In this document: positions 39,556 through 55,022 of the stretch, in pieces | Layout: each line of letters starts with the position of its first letter | How positions within the stretch are numbered: the first letter of the stretch is position 1 | Source of the DNA: Eledone cirrhosa | Lineage: Eukaryota | Reading direction: 5' to 3' | DNA: 64,000 nt | NCBI GenBank assembly: GCA_964016885.1 | Contig: OZ024740.1 | Location: 172,298,001 to 172,362,000, forward strand | The notes under the pieces: generated by a model | The model's database searches: none | What the model was told of the DNA's origin: nothing | Seen by the model: only the letters and a program-made list of their open reading frames with translations | Translations under genes and position numbers: made by a program

Positions 39556-39590
39556 CCTTAATTTTCGAGATAATATCTCTTCTTCGGAGG
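39556..39590 (-). ncRNA. Minimal hammerhead motif with CCGA core variant
   Basis: Minus strand: CCT-CCGAAGA-A GAGAT ATT ATCTC-GAAA-AT-TA-AGG. Confidence 0.55.
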
Positions 39591-40624
39591 GAAGTAAAGC
39601 GGTTAAACCAGTGCTCTAAATAGCTTGCCAAGTCATGCTGACAGAAAATGGTTCATCTCAAGGGGCAAAATTAGGTAAAAGTCAATTCATCAATTATTCA
39701 TTTATAGTGAATCAATCAATTATAGTGAATTCATCAATTCATTAGATGAAGTGTTGAATTAGACAATGTTTAATTTTTAATTGTAGTCTAATTTTACTCT
39801 ACCTAAAAATGTAGGTTGGTTATTTTGATCTCTGACAGGTCTTAAATTTCATTATTAAACAATTATAATTTGTTATTATTTATCATTACAGTTGGCTCCC
39901 TAATTAATTATTAATTAATTGTTAGTGTCATTTAAACGCCAAAATTTTGTTTTATTTGATGTTTATAATTGTCACTCATTTTTTCAGTCCCATTTGGTAA
40001 AGTAAAATAAAGTATATTTATTTAATGACCCAACCACTATGCTGTAAATTAGGATCACAAAATTAAATAAATGATCATAAATTAGTATTATTATCAATTA
40101 GAGAGTCAACTGTATTATTAGAATTTATCACTTTCTATGTATATTTAAATCAAATATTTTTTATTATTCAAATTTATACTATAGCTGCAATATTTTAAGA
40201 AGTTTTAAGAAGAAGTTTTCTTGTCCTTTACTTTTCCAGGTGTAATAACTTGTCCTTTACTTTTCTAGGTTTATTTATTTAAGAATATTTCTTTACATGC
40301 GCCCGCATTTTTCCCTGTAATATATATATATATATAAACTTTAGAAAATTAACAACGAGAGGACAAGACAACAACGAATAATGTTTTAAGAGGAAACCTA
40401 AAAAAATATTTTTTAAAATAGAAACACAAACGAAGGACACAGAACCCCAGGGTCATCGGCCCTTGAGGTGGACTTTGGCAGTTTCGACCCCTACCAATGG
40501 TACTGCTAGTCCAGCCAGGGTCACCTCCTCTGTCACTAACCAATCGTTGTCCAGTAGGGTAAGAGATGAGGGACAAAACATTATTTTATAGCAATTAAGA
40601 TACAACATTGTATTTTATGTGACA

Positions 40625-41100
40625 TCAAGGACAAGGTGTGGTGCCTCTTGTAGCACGAGAGTCATTTATGAAAAAGAAAGTAAGAAAAAAAGGCAAGAAA
40701 AAGAAAATAATATATCGTGTAATATCTGAATTTGTTATATCTGAAATCAACACCACTTTAGAAAGAGAATCAGAGTGGAGAGAGAGGCACTGCACCCCAG
40801 TAAATTTACTGAAAGGTGGGTGAATGTAGCAAAAATGGCCCGAGTGATTGGGCTCTCTCTGTACATAAACCTGTAGGTTGAAGAAGAGAGCAAAAGGAAG
40901 AAAGGAGCACTTGCACAACACGCTCCTGAAGTTAAGGGGTGTTCTATCTACGGGGTATTAAACAACCCATTTGTGGCGCCTCCTCCCTATTGGGGATTTC
41001 GATTGTTTGTTTCATATTTTTACACGATTGTATGTAAAATCCCCGGCATGTGTCCTTGTTTTGTCTCCTTTTCTTGTGCGCCCTTGTGGCTAATAAAGAA

Positions 41101-41103
<3 letters not shown>
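40625..41103 (+). mobile_element. 3' end of a diverged Tx1-clade LINE followed by (TCTA)n
   Basis: TTTACTGAAAGGTGGGTGAATGTAGC, CCCTATTGGGGA and terminal CCCTTGTGGCTAATAAAGAAATC match the Tx1 3' end. Confidence 0.75.
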
Positions 41104-41137
<34 letters not shown>

Positions 41138-41994
41138 GCTAGCTATCACCCTATCTATCTATATTTATTTATCCTCCGTATGCATATGTATATGTAGGTA
41201 TATATACAAACACGTACACGTACGCACACAAACACATACACACGTGCACACACACTTTTTCAGCTGATTAATGTCAATGTTGCTGTGCAATGCAGGGGAT
41301 GGGAGGCTCTATACAGGTGACACATGATAAGAGCTTAACATCTACATATGCGCTGCGTGGCATCTGCTAATAATACATCCCAATGGAATATTAGAAAGAG
41401 CAGCATCCATATTCAGTACAAATTGGGTGGAACTAAAATTTCTTCCTAATCAACGCACATTTCAAACGTATTGACCATGTTGTATTTAAATACCAGTATT
41501 TAAATAGATGTTTAGCAACATCTAAAGATTCTGCAATGATAACATAGAGTTCCTATTATCATCGTTCCTTGTATTAGTAACATCACATCGTTTCCAACTT
41601 CACACCACTATCATACTTTCCGTTATTGCCTTTACACACGTTACCGCTTCACGCTCGTTCGCTCGTTTAACAGCCATTAGCAACATAACTGGCACTTATA
41701 CCTTTATAACCGAACCAACAAGGGTGCCTCTACGTGGAGTGGTGGCTTCATTTTAAAAAAAAACTTAGCAACCAAATCTCTCTCAAATCATACCCCATCG
41801 TCTTAGATTAGGACACGTTGCACAATGTTGCCTTGGGTCACGGCTGAAATACCTTTGATCTTAGTTCTACTAAATCAACAACAACAATAGCAACCAGATG
41901 AATAGTAATGGGTCGTATGTCCAGTGATATAAACATTATCAAATAATATTAGAAAACGCTAAACAACGGAACAACGAAATTGGCAAACATGTAA

Positions 41995-42195
41995 TAGTCC
42001 ACTTGACGAGCAAGATGGTTGGATAACATCCGTGAGCTTAGCTGGTCACGCTTGGGGATCCAGCTGGATCAGTTGGAGACGATTGCTTCTGACAGGACCC
42101 GTTGGAGGGAGTGTTTGAGGACTCTGCCCCCCCCCCCCCCCCCCCTCCACCCCACTGAACCTCTCAGGAATAAGTGGTCGAAGCAAAGAAGAACA
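41995..42195 (+). mobile_element. 3' fragment of an RTE-type LINE
   Basis: RWLDNIRELSWSRLGI..IASDRTRWR resembles RTE-clade C-termini. Confidence 0.6.
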
Positions 42196-43195
42196 ACTCC
42201 TACTGCTATACGATACAATCATAAATGTTAGAGCTAACGAGAGAGGAGCCCAGACACGGAGACTAGATCTACTAGAAACAATAGTCAAATCGCATTTATA
42301 TCAATTAAGTCAAATCTGATAACATTTTACGAATATTTGTCTGTGAAGTATAACCGAGATGTGAAAAATCTACATACAATTAGACACGTGACTGGAGGTA
42401 CATGATATGATATTTAATTGTTTATTTATTTATTTCGTAAAATTTGCGACACTAAAAAAACTTGTTGCGACACGGAAATAATAATATATAAAGTTTCGAA
42501 AGTTTTGTTATCGATACTAAACAATGCACTAAATAAAAGCCGTATATTGTATAAAGGGCGAAGCGACTTAATGACGCGTCTACATGATCATGTCCGAAAC
42601 GGCGCTAAACTATAAAAACTGTTAATATTTATGGATGTTTTTGTTTATTTTCCAACCTTAAACACTAGGTGAAAGAGATGGGGCAATGGGATGATGCGAC
42701 ATTTGTGCGTAATTATTCTTTCAGAATTTAATAGCAGCTAACATAAAATGAAAAAAGGCTGCAAAGGGAAGATGTAACTAGCCCGTCTACCAATTTAACG
42801 GAAGTTTAGCTTTTGATTTAATGCGCAAAAGGTGGCGTATATATGATACAGCATATATATACGAATGTATTCAAACACACGCACTCACACACACATAAGC
42901 ACATATGCATATAAACAAATGCATACGCCTAATTCTATTTTGAGTTGTAGTATATGGAAGTTTGTGTACAGTGGTACGTCATTAATGCGTGAATGTGTGC
43001 GTGTTTAGGGCGATATATGTACGTGTGTGCTCACGTGAGTATGCATGGATGTCTGTGCACGAGGGTGCGTATATATATGTATTTACATAAATTAACCAGA
43101 TTTGAAAACAAACGGGCATCTGAATCCTTCTGTTTGACGTATTAAGTGTTATGTGTATACTACTTTAATGTCATGTTGATTCCAAATATATTATA

Positions 43196-43292
43196 GGTGC
43201 AGGCATAACTATGTGAATAGGACGCTTATTCTGCAACCACGTAGTTCCGGGTTCGATTTTATTGCGTAGCACCGTAGCCAAATTTTGTCTAC
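43196..43292 (+). mobile_element. Second tRNA-derived SINE family (Octopus OR-like), 5' part
   Basis: GGTGCAGGC..CAACCACGTAGTTCCGGGTTCGA (B-box)..GCACC. Confidence 0.55.
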
Positions 43293-44151
43293 ATTGACAT
43301 AATTCGATGAAGAAATCGATATTAGGATAAGCAAAACAGAAAAACTTAGAAAAACTTGGAAAACTTAGAAAAAGCGGTATGAAAGAATGAATTGACAGTT
43401 CAACACAAAGAATGACATCAGAATCTACGGGACATGGGACATGTGTTTTCAGTAGTTTGCTGTGTGGTCCTGAGTAACTGACTAACTAACTCAAAACTTG
43501 TGAAAAGGCAGAATTTTTCCTGCAAATATCTCATTCTAAGGTGAATTAACTACCATAAAAGTGTTGCAGATAACATATCCACCAAGATTGATGACAACCA
43601 TGTGTAAGTGAATATTTCGATGGCTAGGCCATCTTATAAGTATGAAAATCAACAGGATTCTAAAGTTTTTCGGTGAGCTTCATCAAAGTGCACGACGAAG
43701 AAGAAGACCCATGCTGTGTTTCAAAGACAACTGCAAGAACATCCTGATGGCTCTTCTCCACGGCAATGCTTCGCACAGTGTGTCCGCGTAGCATAGCTGT
43801 AACATACCGCTCAAACTTAGATGTAGAGTCTGTTGCTGCCCCACTTTCCCTTTTTTTCGTTACTTAATTTATATTTTTGTTTATTTTATTTTCCTTCTTT
43901 CCTTTTCACCCCCCTATTGCTATTGACAAGATTAATTAGTTCTCAATCGTTTTGGGGGCTTAAGTGTTTAAATTATGTTTTGCTCGTTTTTAATTTTAGT
44001 TTTTTCGTGTTTATTCTTGTATTTTTGTATCATTGTTATTATTTGTGTAATTTGTTCTGCCTTCGTATCCGACCATATACGACCGCTCTCAATACAGGAC
44101 TTCTACATCAATTTCGAACTGACTGTAAATATTTTCATTGTAAAAATAAAA

Positions 44152-44343
44152 TAATAATTGTTTCTGCTTTTGGCACAAGGCCAGCAATTACCCAGTTGAT
44201 TACTGCTACTTTATTTTATCGACCCGGTAAGGATGAAAGACAAAGTTAACCTCGACGGGATTTGAACTCAGACCGTAAATGGACGTAACTATGCTGGAAA
44301 GCATGGCGTCCGACCCTCTACCGATACTGCCAATTCACCACCC
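44152..44343 (-). mobile_element. tRNA-derived SINE
   Basis: Full-length copy with AAAATAAAATAATAAT repeated on both sides (TSD-like). Confidence 0.85.
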
Positions 44344-46012
44344 TATAAAATAAAATAATAATGTACGTATATATATAATCATGAAATGATCTATTGATCA
44401 CAAGAAATGGCAAGGTGTTGCTAATGACAAAAGTGTCAAGTGGACAGCAATAAACCGAAATGCCATAATTTCGACACGGCAGCTCTGTAGTTCAAACATC
44501 AACATAAGGGGTAAATGAAATCAAACAGGAAGCACCACACTGTGTTTTCTGGAAAAGGCTTCTGGTACAAACATCTGAGAGTTCAGCAATAAGCGAAACT
44601 GCAGAAAGTTGTAAGATTGCTGCTTGGGCTGTCTTCGACAATGCTCATTGTGTCTGCCTATGTAGGACTAACATCCAAACGAACAATTTTATTTATGAAT
44701 GTTTGCGTATTCATGTTTCTGCCACCTTCTTTTTCTCACTTCGCCTTCAATGCATACTTTCTCTTCTTGGCTAATATGTTGGGCATTGTTGCTACTGCTT
44801 CTTTTCAGTTGTAGCACATTGGTTGGTAGCACGTTTTATCTTATTTGTAAATAGTCCAAAGACCAATCGTCCTGACTTGTGTCTGATGAGAAAGGTCTGT
44901 CCTCTGTTTCGTCCCGTTTTTCCGTTCTCTTCGCCCACTTTTTTTTACTCATTTTGTATGATCTTAGCCGCGCGGGACACCTTTAAGATTTATATATATA
45001 TATGATAGTATATGATAATAAAGATATAGGAAAAGAGTAAGAAATAGTGCGGTGATTAAGTGTGTCAACAAATGAATTGCACACATAAAAATAGTGTTTC
45101 GCTATTTGAATATGGCGAGTGGGTAAACACTTCGATTCACCAATACTTCCTTCACAATTTCAGGACCCAAACTTAATTTAGAGGTGTTAGACCATCAAAG
45201 TAAACAAGGGAGATAACTACTTTTGCCTTGATGGATATCAGCATTTCCAGACAAAACTGTGGGTAGAGCCTTTGTCTATAAGTCAACTTGGTGAAAGCAA
45301 CGAACATGTCATAATCTTTTTTAGATATTTCTAGCTAAGCATTATATATACATATATATATCCTGAAGAAAGCATTGTGTTCTTCCCTGCGTATTAATAA
45401 ATAACTTACCTTTATGCGATGTTCGAGATTTTTGTCTCCCTATCAGAAATAACTGTCTTTATGATTCGGTACACAGAGAATATTACAATAGCAGCACTTT
45501 ATATGTCAAGCAGGATACAGAATATAACTAAGAGGGTTAGTCTAATTTGTGTGACATGCATATGCTTGGCAACGTAATTAATTAATTAATTAATTAATCT
45601 ATATATTTAAAACAGATAATGTCTGTCTGGCTGTCTGACTCCCTAAAACTCGATAACCTCCCAACCCAACCGATTGTTTTCAAACTTTACACATGTAATA
45701 CTTATGGTCCTGTGAGTGTTTGAGCAAAAGATATTTTAAATTTTGAATGCCCTAGGGACCGCATTAGGCGATTTAGCGACCTCTCTCTACAATTCTTAGT
45801 CTGTCTCTTTTTAGATAGATACATAGCTACAACGTCGCGCCCTTATAATATCTGTCTGTATGTCGGCTTGTCTGCATTATTACATTATGACGCTGTGTGT
45901 GTATATATGTATATATAGTGCGTGTTTATATATATACTCGTTCCTATATATATATATATAGTGTGTAACGTTTTCGAAATATTTACTTGTGCGTTCACAG
46001 ATTGATTTTTTA

Positions 46013-46060
46013 GTTTCAGAAGATCCCGTAAGGGTGAAAGCAGCGATTCTTTGCTTAAAC
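46013..46060 (+). ncRNA. Hammerhead motif with CAGA core substitution
   Basis: GTTT-CAGAAGA-T CCC GTAA GGG T-GAAA-GCAG..TTGC-TT-AAAC. Confidence 0.55.
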
Positions 46061-46077
46061 GTTAATCTGTTATTTTA

Positions 46078-47874
<1,797 letters not shown>

Positions 47875-48104
47875 TTCTGTTTCTTTACATGAAGTTCTTC
47901 GCTTTATCTATCTTTCCATCTCTCTATTTTGTTCCATGCATTTCTTCTTTTTCTTCCTTTTCTTCGTTTTCTGTCTTTCTTTCTTTTTCTCTCTTTCTTT
48001 CTCTCTGTGTAAAATTTTTTCACTGCCAGCTTAAACCTCTTCAAATGGAAGTCGGTGTTATAACGGTATGTCGAATCTATTTATCTATAAAACTGTTTAT
48101 ATTG

Positions 48105-48170
48105 TATTTTGTCTGAGGAAGGCATAGCATATTGTTAATATGATATCCCCGAAATATATATAATGAAATA
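48105..48170 (+). ncRNA. Hammerhead ribozyme in the 5' pLTR
   Basis: TATTTTGT-CTGAGGA-stem II-GAAA-TATATA-TA-ATGAAATA. Confidence 0.85.
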
Positions 48171-48349
48171 AATATGGTTTTATAAATATAGTTTCCATTT
48201 ATTTAATATTGTAAATATACTCCAAATATTTGTCGAGTGCTTTTATATCAGTTATAAATATTTACTAGTTGTAACCCAACAATTTTAAATATAACTTTCC
48301 ATGTATCTTGCTCCAATACTGTTGAGCGCTTTATATTATAACTGGAAAA

Positions 48350-49938
48350 ATGGAATTCTTTAAGATTACTTCCTCTCTAAAAGACATACCTCTACCTAGA
48401 AACAAAGACTTTATAAAACAATTAATAGATAAATCTGACTCTTTTATAAGGAGAATCAGGTGGCGTGCATCTTTGATAAATCTAATGCAGACGAAAATGT
48501 CTCGGACTTAAACAAAGTTTTCAAATCTAAAAGAAATCCACCCCCTAACAAACTTTTATCTGACTTTGAAAACGATATAATTTCTATCATACAAGGGGTC
48601 AAATTCAAGAGAAACTTCAAAGGCCAGGAATATCTGAAAGGCATTAAGGATAACATTGAGAGCTTAGAGAAAACTGAGAAGATCTTGGTGAAATCTGACA
48701 AGACCAACAACCTCTATGGAGTGCGGAAAGACATGTATAATGGCCTCATACTGAAAGAGCTGAGGAAAAAGTACAAGGTAGCAGATAAGGCCGAACTTGA
48801 GAAAATGAATGTCGAAGCATCTTGTATAATGCACGAGTTGGAAATTGAGAACAGAACACAACCTTTCGTGCCCAGGAAACCGAAGATCAATATGAAGGAC
48901 CACAAGAGGAATTTTGAAAATGACCTGCCAGTTAGATTGATCGCACCTTCAAAATCGGACCTGGGCAAATTAAGCAAAAACATTCTTGACAGGGTGATAC
49001 AGCAAATTAAGAACTTGGATTGTGTATCTAACCTGAGCTTGTGGAAGGGAACTGGAGAGGTTGTTGAGTGGTTTAGGCAAATTAAATATAACAATAATAA
49101 TAGGTTTATTCAACTTGATATAGCTAACTATTATTCTTCTATTACCCCTAGTCTACTAAATAAGGCACTAAATTACGCATTCAAACATACTGACCTAACT
49201 AGCAAAGAAATGCATATTATATTATCGGCTAGGAAAACTTTGATAGAATTTAATGACAAATTATGGACCAGAGCAGATAGAGATAGCAATTTTGACATAA
49301 CTATGGGATCTTCCGACTCAGCTCAGGTAACTGACCTTGTGGGCTTATTTTTAATCAATTCGCTACATAGGAAAATACCTGGTACTACCGGAGGTTTATA
49401 TAGGGATGACATGCTTTTACTTATTAATAATAATAACCCTGAACTAAATAGAAAATGTAAACAAATTACAACATTTTTTAATTACTTTAACCTTAAAATA
49501 GAAATTGAGAACAACCATAGAATAGTCAATTTCCTAGATATAACATTAAATCTCAACACATGTCTCCACTATCCTTTTCATAAGTTGAATGAAAACTTAA
49601 ACTATGTCAACTTTAACTCTAACCACCCCAGATCTGTCAAAAACACTATAGTAAACTCAGTTCGAAAACGTATCTCTAGGATCTCGTCGAATAGAAAGAT
49701 TTTCGACGAAAAGGCCCAATACTATAATGAAGCATTAGCTAGGGCAGGATATGCTGATAAGATTGTATACATAGATAATGATAGACAAACTAAACAAAGT
49801 AACAACTTTTTTAATTACGGCAACAACATTAACAACTATAATAGAAAGCATTACAATAATTCCAAAGGCCAAAAAAGAAATAGAACTAGGAACATAATTT
49901 GGTTTGCCCCCCCCCCCCCCTTTCTCACTAAACATTAA
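48350..49938 (+). CDS. Penelope-like reverse transcriptase; likely start ATG at 48350 with a frameshift near 48462
   Basis: MEFFKITSSLKDIP..FIRRIRW, then KSDKT, RLIAPSKSDLG, QLDIANYY, MGSSDS, GLYRDD, NFLDI. Confidence 0.9.
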
Positions 49939-50524
49939 AACCCACATCGCTAAATTATTTTTCAAAGCACTTGATAATCGCTTCCCTAGAACACATAGGT
50001 ATCACTCAATTTTCAATAGGCATACAATTAAATTAACCTACTCATCCACCAAAAATTTAGCACAAAATATAAATAGAATAAATAATAGGAACTTAAAACC
50101 TAGTGATAATAGCATAAATAATATACAAGTTAACAAATGTAACTGTAGAGATAGATCTAAATGTCCGTTAAATAACAACTGCTTAGTTAAAAATATAGTA
50201 TACAATTGTAATGTTAATACTGACTCTAATTCTTTTAACTACGTCGGTTCCACATCGACGGAATTTAAACTTCGCTATAATAACCACAAGAATTCTTTCA
50301 CAGATCCAAGTAAAAAATCTTCAACGGCACTATCAGGCGTACTCTGGCAACTTAAGCTAGATAACGTTAGATATTCGACGGCTTGGAATATAGTCTCAAG
50401 AGGGATTCCTTTTAATTCATCCTCTGAGACATGTGACCTCTGCGCAGAGGAGATATTCTTTATACTAAAATCTAAAAATTCCCTTAACCTACGGACAAAT
50501 TTATTCAGTTGTTGCAAACATTGA
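49904..50524 (+). CDS. Linker and GIY-YIG endonuclease, frameshifted from the RT at a poly-C run
   Basis: CNCRDRSKC (CxCx5C), IVYNC..YVGST..FKLRYNNH, CDLCAEE, CKH. Confidence 0.9.
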   Translation: MPPPPPFSLNIKTHIAKLFFKALDNRFPRTHRYHSIFNRHTIKLTYSSTKNLAQNINRINNRNLKPSDNSINNIQVNKCNCRDRSKCPLNNNCLVKNIVYNCNVNTDSNSFNYVGSTSTEFKLRYNNHKNSFTDPSKKSSTALSGVLWQLKLDNVRYSTAWNIVSRGIPFNSSSETCDLCAEEIFFILKSKNSLNLRTNLFSCCKH

Positions 50525-51983
50525 TTAAACTCAACGTTTAAATATAAATTTAAATTTAAAATGTAGTATATTTAGTTTGATTTATATTTATATGGGAAAC
50601 TAGCCGATAAATTTTCGATTCCTAAATTTTTGATTCCTTCTTTTTATTCTTTTTTTTTTTTTATTGTTTATTTTTATTTTATTTTTATCTAAACATTCCT
50701 CATGAAAAATTAAGCTACCCTAAAAGCTGATGCTCCAAATTTTTTGAATAAACCTTACACTAGATAAACTTCTATATTAAATATAAGAACATATGTAGAC
50801 CAATTTGGACACCATAGACTTTTTGAAATGATCTTTGCTAGATGTGATTTGATAGATAATTTTTGGCTTTGTCTTGTAATGAACTTGGCAATATATTGTC
50901 AATTAACTTTGTGGTTTATTTTTATTTTTATTTTTTATTTTTTATTTTTTATTATTGTAGTATTTTATAATATTTTTTATTTTTTATTTTTATTTTTAAT
51001 ATCTTTAATATGTAAATTTTTAATACGTAATATTTTTTAATACGTAATATTTTTAATATGTAATATTTTTATTATGTAATATTCTTTCGTAATATTTTTT
51101 TAGTTTTCTATTTTATTATTACTTATTTTTACTTATTATTATTATTGTTATCTTTTTATTTTTTTAGTTTTGTTTCTGATATATATTTTTATTAGTATAT
51201 TGAAATCTGCTCTCTATTTCTGCTTGATAGATAATCTTGTAGAGTAAAGACAGGAATAATAATTAATACACATATATGTATGCTCAAATTTTTATACCAC
51301 ATTGAGAATGTTTTCCGTGAACTTAGAGTTTGCAGCGTGAATCATGTGGATTCGCATGGATGTTTGTAGCTGTCACATAAACATATGAATTTTTTTAAAA
51401 CTAAACATAAGATAATTAATTTTCACACACTATGGGTACTTGTCTCATTCAGGAATACTGATATTTACAATATAGTGTAAGTTTTATAAATACTAATACA
51501 TTAAAACATAGGGTTTTTACGCCTCGAATATATCTGGCTATTTTTAATTTTTTTTTCTCTCGCTATTTTTTCCTCTCTCTATATTTTTTCTCTCTATATA
51601 TATCTCCCTTACATTAATACTTGAGCTAAATAAATAAATAAATAAATAAATGTATCATTGATACATTTACTCAAAATGACCTCCCACTACCTAATTTTCT
51701 ATATATATATGTATCTATCTCTATTTCCTCTCTCTCTCTATATATATATATCTTTCTGTTTCTTTACATGAAGTTCTTCGCTTTATCTATCTTTCCATCT
51801 CTCTATTTTGTTCCATGCATTTCTTCTTTTTCTTCCTTTTCTTCGTTTTCTGTCTTTCTTTCTTTTTCTCTCTTTCTTTCTCTCTGTGTAAAATTTTTTC
51901 ACTGCCAGCTTAAACCTCTTCAAATGGAAGTCGGTGTTATAACGGTATGTCGAATCTATTTATCTATAAAACTGTTTATATTG

Positions 51984-52049
51984 TATTTTGTCTGAGGAAG
52001 GCATAGCATATTGTTAATATGATATCCCCGAAATATATATAATGAAATA
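51984..52049 (+). ncRNA. Hammerhead ribozyme in the 3' pLTR
   Basis: Same sequence as 48105-48170. Confidence 0.85.
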
Positions 52050-52154
52050 AATATGGTTTTATAAATATAGTTTCCATTTATTTAATATTATAATTATATA
52101 TATATATATATATAATTAAATATATATATATATAATTATATATATATATATATA

Positions 52155-52221
<67 letters not shown>

Positions 52222-52224
<3 letters not shown>

Positions 52225-53170
52225 CGGAAAAAATGAAACGAAATTTCATTTCCCACTCTTAGTACGGCTGTTACTTAAATACAAGTATGTACACGTACAT
52301 ACATATATGTATACAGACGTACAGTAGTATGTATATATATATACACACATGCACACATATATATATGTACGTATGGATTCACCGAACATTTATTATAATG
52401 CTCGGTGTGTTTGTAAACAAACATCCCGTATTAAGCCGTAGTGTCCAGCAACCAGCGTTGCTCGTTTGTTCAACACTGACAAAGGAACGCTGTACTAGTT
52501 TCAAGCTTATTAGCTATCGTCAGCAACTTTTACCCTCCTGCCAGATTGTTGAACGTATATACTTACCTTATGCATATTAACGGCTGAGTAGCCCAATTTG
52601 CATATCGAGTGGGTTAATCGGCCGGGTGCACCGAAAACGATAAACGGAAAAAATTTCATTTCCCACTCTTAGTACGTGTGTGTATATATATATACATACT
52701 ACTGTACGTCTGTATACATATATGTATGTACGTGTATATACTTATATTTAAGTAACAGCCGTACTAAGAGCGGGAAATGAAATTTCGTTTCATTTTTTCC
52801 GTTTATCGTTTTCGGTGCACTTAGCCGATTAACCCACTCGATATGCAAATTGGGCTACTCAGCCGTTAATATGCATAAGGTAAGTATATACGTTCAACAA
52901 TCTGGCAGGAGGTTATACGTTGCTGACGATAGCTAATAAGCTTGAAACTAGTACAGCGTTCCTTTGTCTGTGTTGAACAAACGAGCAACGATGGTTGCTG
53001 GACACTACGGCTTAATACGGGATGTTTGTTTACAAACACACCGAGCATTATAATAAATGTTCGGTGAATCCATACGTACATATATATATGTGTGCATGTG
53101 TTTGTATATATATATATACATACTACTGTACGTCTGTATACATATATGTATGTACGTGTACATACTTATA
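52222..53170. mobile_element. Head-to-head pair of retrozyme-like units, each longer than one ~420-424-bp period
   Basis: Minus arm 52222-52676 (CGGAAAAAAT at 52225 and 52645); plus arm 52677-53170 (CATACTACTGTACG at 52695 and 53119). Confidence 0.85.
52917..52959 (+). ncRNA. Minimal type I hammerhead ribozyme (minus-strand copy at about 52487-52527)
   Basis: ACGTTG-CTGACGA-TAGCTAATAAGCTT-GAAA-CTAG-TA-CAGCGT. Confidence 0.9.
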
Positions 53171-53280
53171 TATATATATATATATAATTATATATATAAT
53201 TATATATATATATATATATATATATAATTATATATATCTATATATATCATTATATAATTATATATATATATATATATATC

Positions 53281-53361
<81 letters not shown>

Positions 53362-53834
53362 GTGTACAGATATTTTTGCATACACAATAACAAAATATAA
53401 ACAAACGTATTTATTTCACGAGGCTCGATAAGGATAAATAGATATCAAATATATAAGAGCCCTAGAGCAAATCCCGAGCAACGCCGGGCCATTCTCCTAG
53501 TACATATTAAAACAAAAACACAGGTTATTCTATGAAATTTAAGTTAATTTTAATGTATATTTAGCGACATATTTTTAAGTAGAAGACTTTACTGTGACTA
53601 TAATGAAGTGTGAACGATTTTAACTATTTCTCTGTACACATAAAATCATAAAAGATAACCTCGTCTCCTCGTCAGGAGATAAGTCATTTTAGGGAAAATG
53701 AGTTTGTGTTTAAGAGTACATTAGTCGAATCATTTTACCAGAACAATATATTGTTTACACAAAATCCAAGGAGTACCGAGAGAAATACATATACAAAAAT
53801 GTTATTATAATATAAATATTAGAGTATTATTACT

Positions 53835-54155
53835 ATTGGATTAATAGAATCGTATGGATGTCAAACAAAATAGTTTGCGGCGTTTAGTTCCGGCCCTGTA
53901 TGTCCTAAGTTCAAATCCTGCCAAAGTTAACTTTCCTTTTCATCCATCCAAGGCCGATAAAATAAAGTACCAATCAAATACTAGGGTCGATATAATCGAA
54001 TTTGCCTTCCTCCAAAAATTACTGGCCTTTTGCCTAAATTAAAAATCATTATTATTCGTCATTTGCTTTCATCCTTACGGGGTCGATAAAAAATAAAGTA
54101 CCAGTAATGCACTGGTAATTGCTGGCCTTGTGCCAAAAGTAGAAACAATTATTAT
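53835..54155 (+). mobile_element. Diverged SINE followed by a younger 5'-truncated SINE
   Basis: Two cores; ATTATTATTCGTCAT is duplicated around the second copy. Confidence 0.8.
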
Positions 54156-54657
54156 TCGTCATATGACGGATAGGTTTGGGAGCATATGTTTGTCACTCAG
54201 GGTAACAGTAGGTAGATAAATTGAAGAAATCTCTAAATACAATATAATTAAATCTCTAAATACAATATAAATAAATGAATTAATTAAATACGCCTGCATA
54301 TGGCTAAAACGATGCAAATGTTATATAATATAGGACTAAAGTAGGCAGTGATTTGAGAAAAACGAAAGAAAAAGATTGAGAAGAGGAGTATATATTTTTA
54401 TAAATGTTTATTCTAAGAAAGAGAAAGGGTAAAAAGAAAATGTAACTTTAAGTAGACGACAGTTGTGTATGTGTATGTGTGTGTATGTGTGTGTATGTGT
54501 ATGTGTGTGTGTATGTATGTTTACGGGTGCACGTGGGTATACTATAAAGATTTTTTTATTACTTTCTCCCTCTCCCCCATCTCTCTCCAACTCTCTGCCT
54601 GCCACTCCAGTCGGTATTTATACTTCTTTAATCCAATTGTTAATTCTCTTTTCGCTG

Positions 54658-54716
<59 letters not shown>

Positions 54717-54854
54717 GCTGTTAAACTTGACGTTGGACCAGCCAGCCAACCAAATAACCAAAACATCGGGTACTATATATATGAGAGATGGAAAAGAATA
54801 TATAAATGTACACGCCTATATATGCATATACATATATGACATACATATCTAAGG

Positions 54855-55022
54855 CAGGCATGTCAAACATGCGGTTCTTTACAAGTGCACCTGCGACCCG
54901 CACAAAGGTTTTTACGGCGCGAACATGTTTTATCTTCGTAATATAAAATTTTAAAAATTAGTTGTCACGTGTGGCAATGGTACCGATGTGGCCCTCGAGG
55001 GATCTTCAGTTTGACATACCTG
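54855..55022 (+). mobile_element. 168-bp MITE of the adjacent hAT family
   Basis: TIRs CAGGCATGTCAAAC / GTTTGACATACCTG; subterminal sequence matches 55718-57786. Confidence 0.9.

Larger units (their letters stand above)
47875..52089 (+). mobile_element. Near-intact Penelope-like element (Naiad-type) with 336-bp direct pLTRs
   Basis: 47875-48210 and 51754-52089 look identical; RT and GIY-YIG lie between them; each repeat contains an HHR. Confidence 0.95.

Noticed and set aside
43300-44640. Possible further LINE remnant
   Set aside because: Only short ambiguous peptide similarities; cannot be supported.
50522-50566. In-frame TGA after CKH as possible selenocysteine, since some Naiads encode selenoproteins
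   Set aside because: The position aligns with Lys in the other copy (CRHK), the motif Cys codons are TGY, and I see no convincing SECIS downstream. SECISearch on 50525-51750 would settle it.
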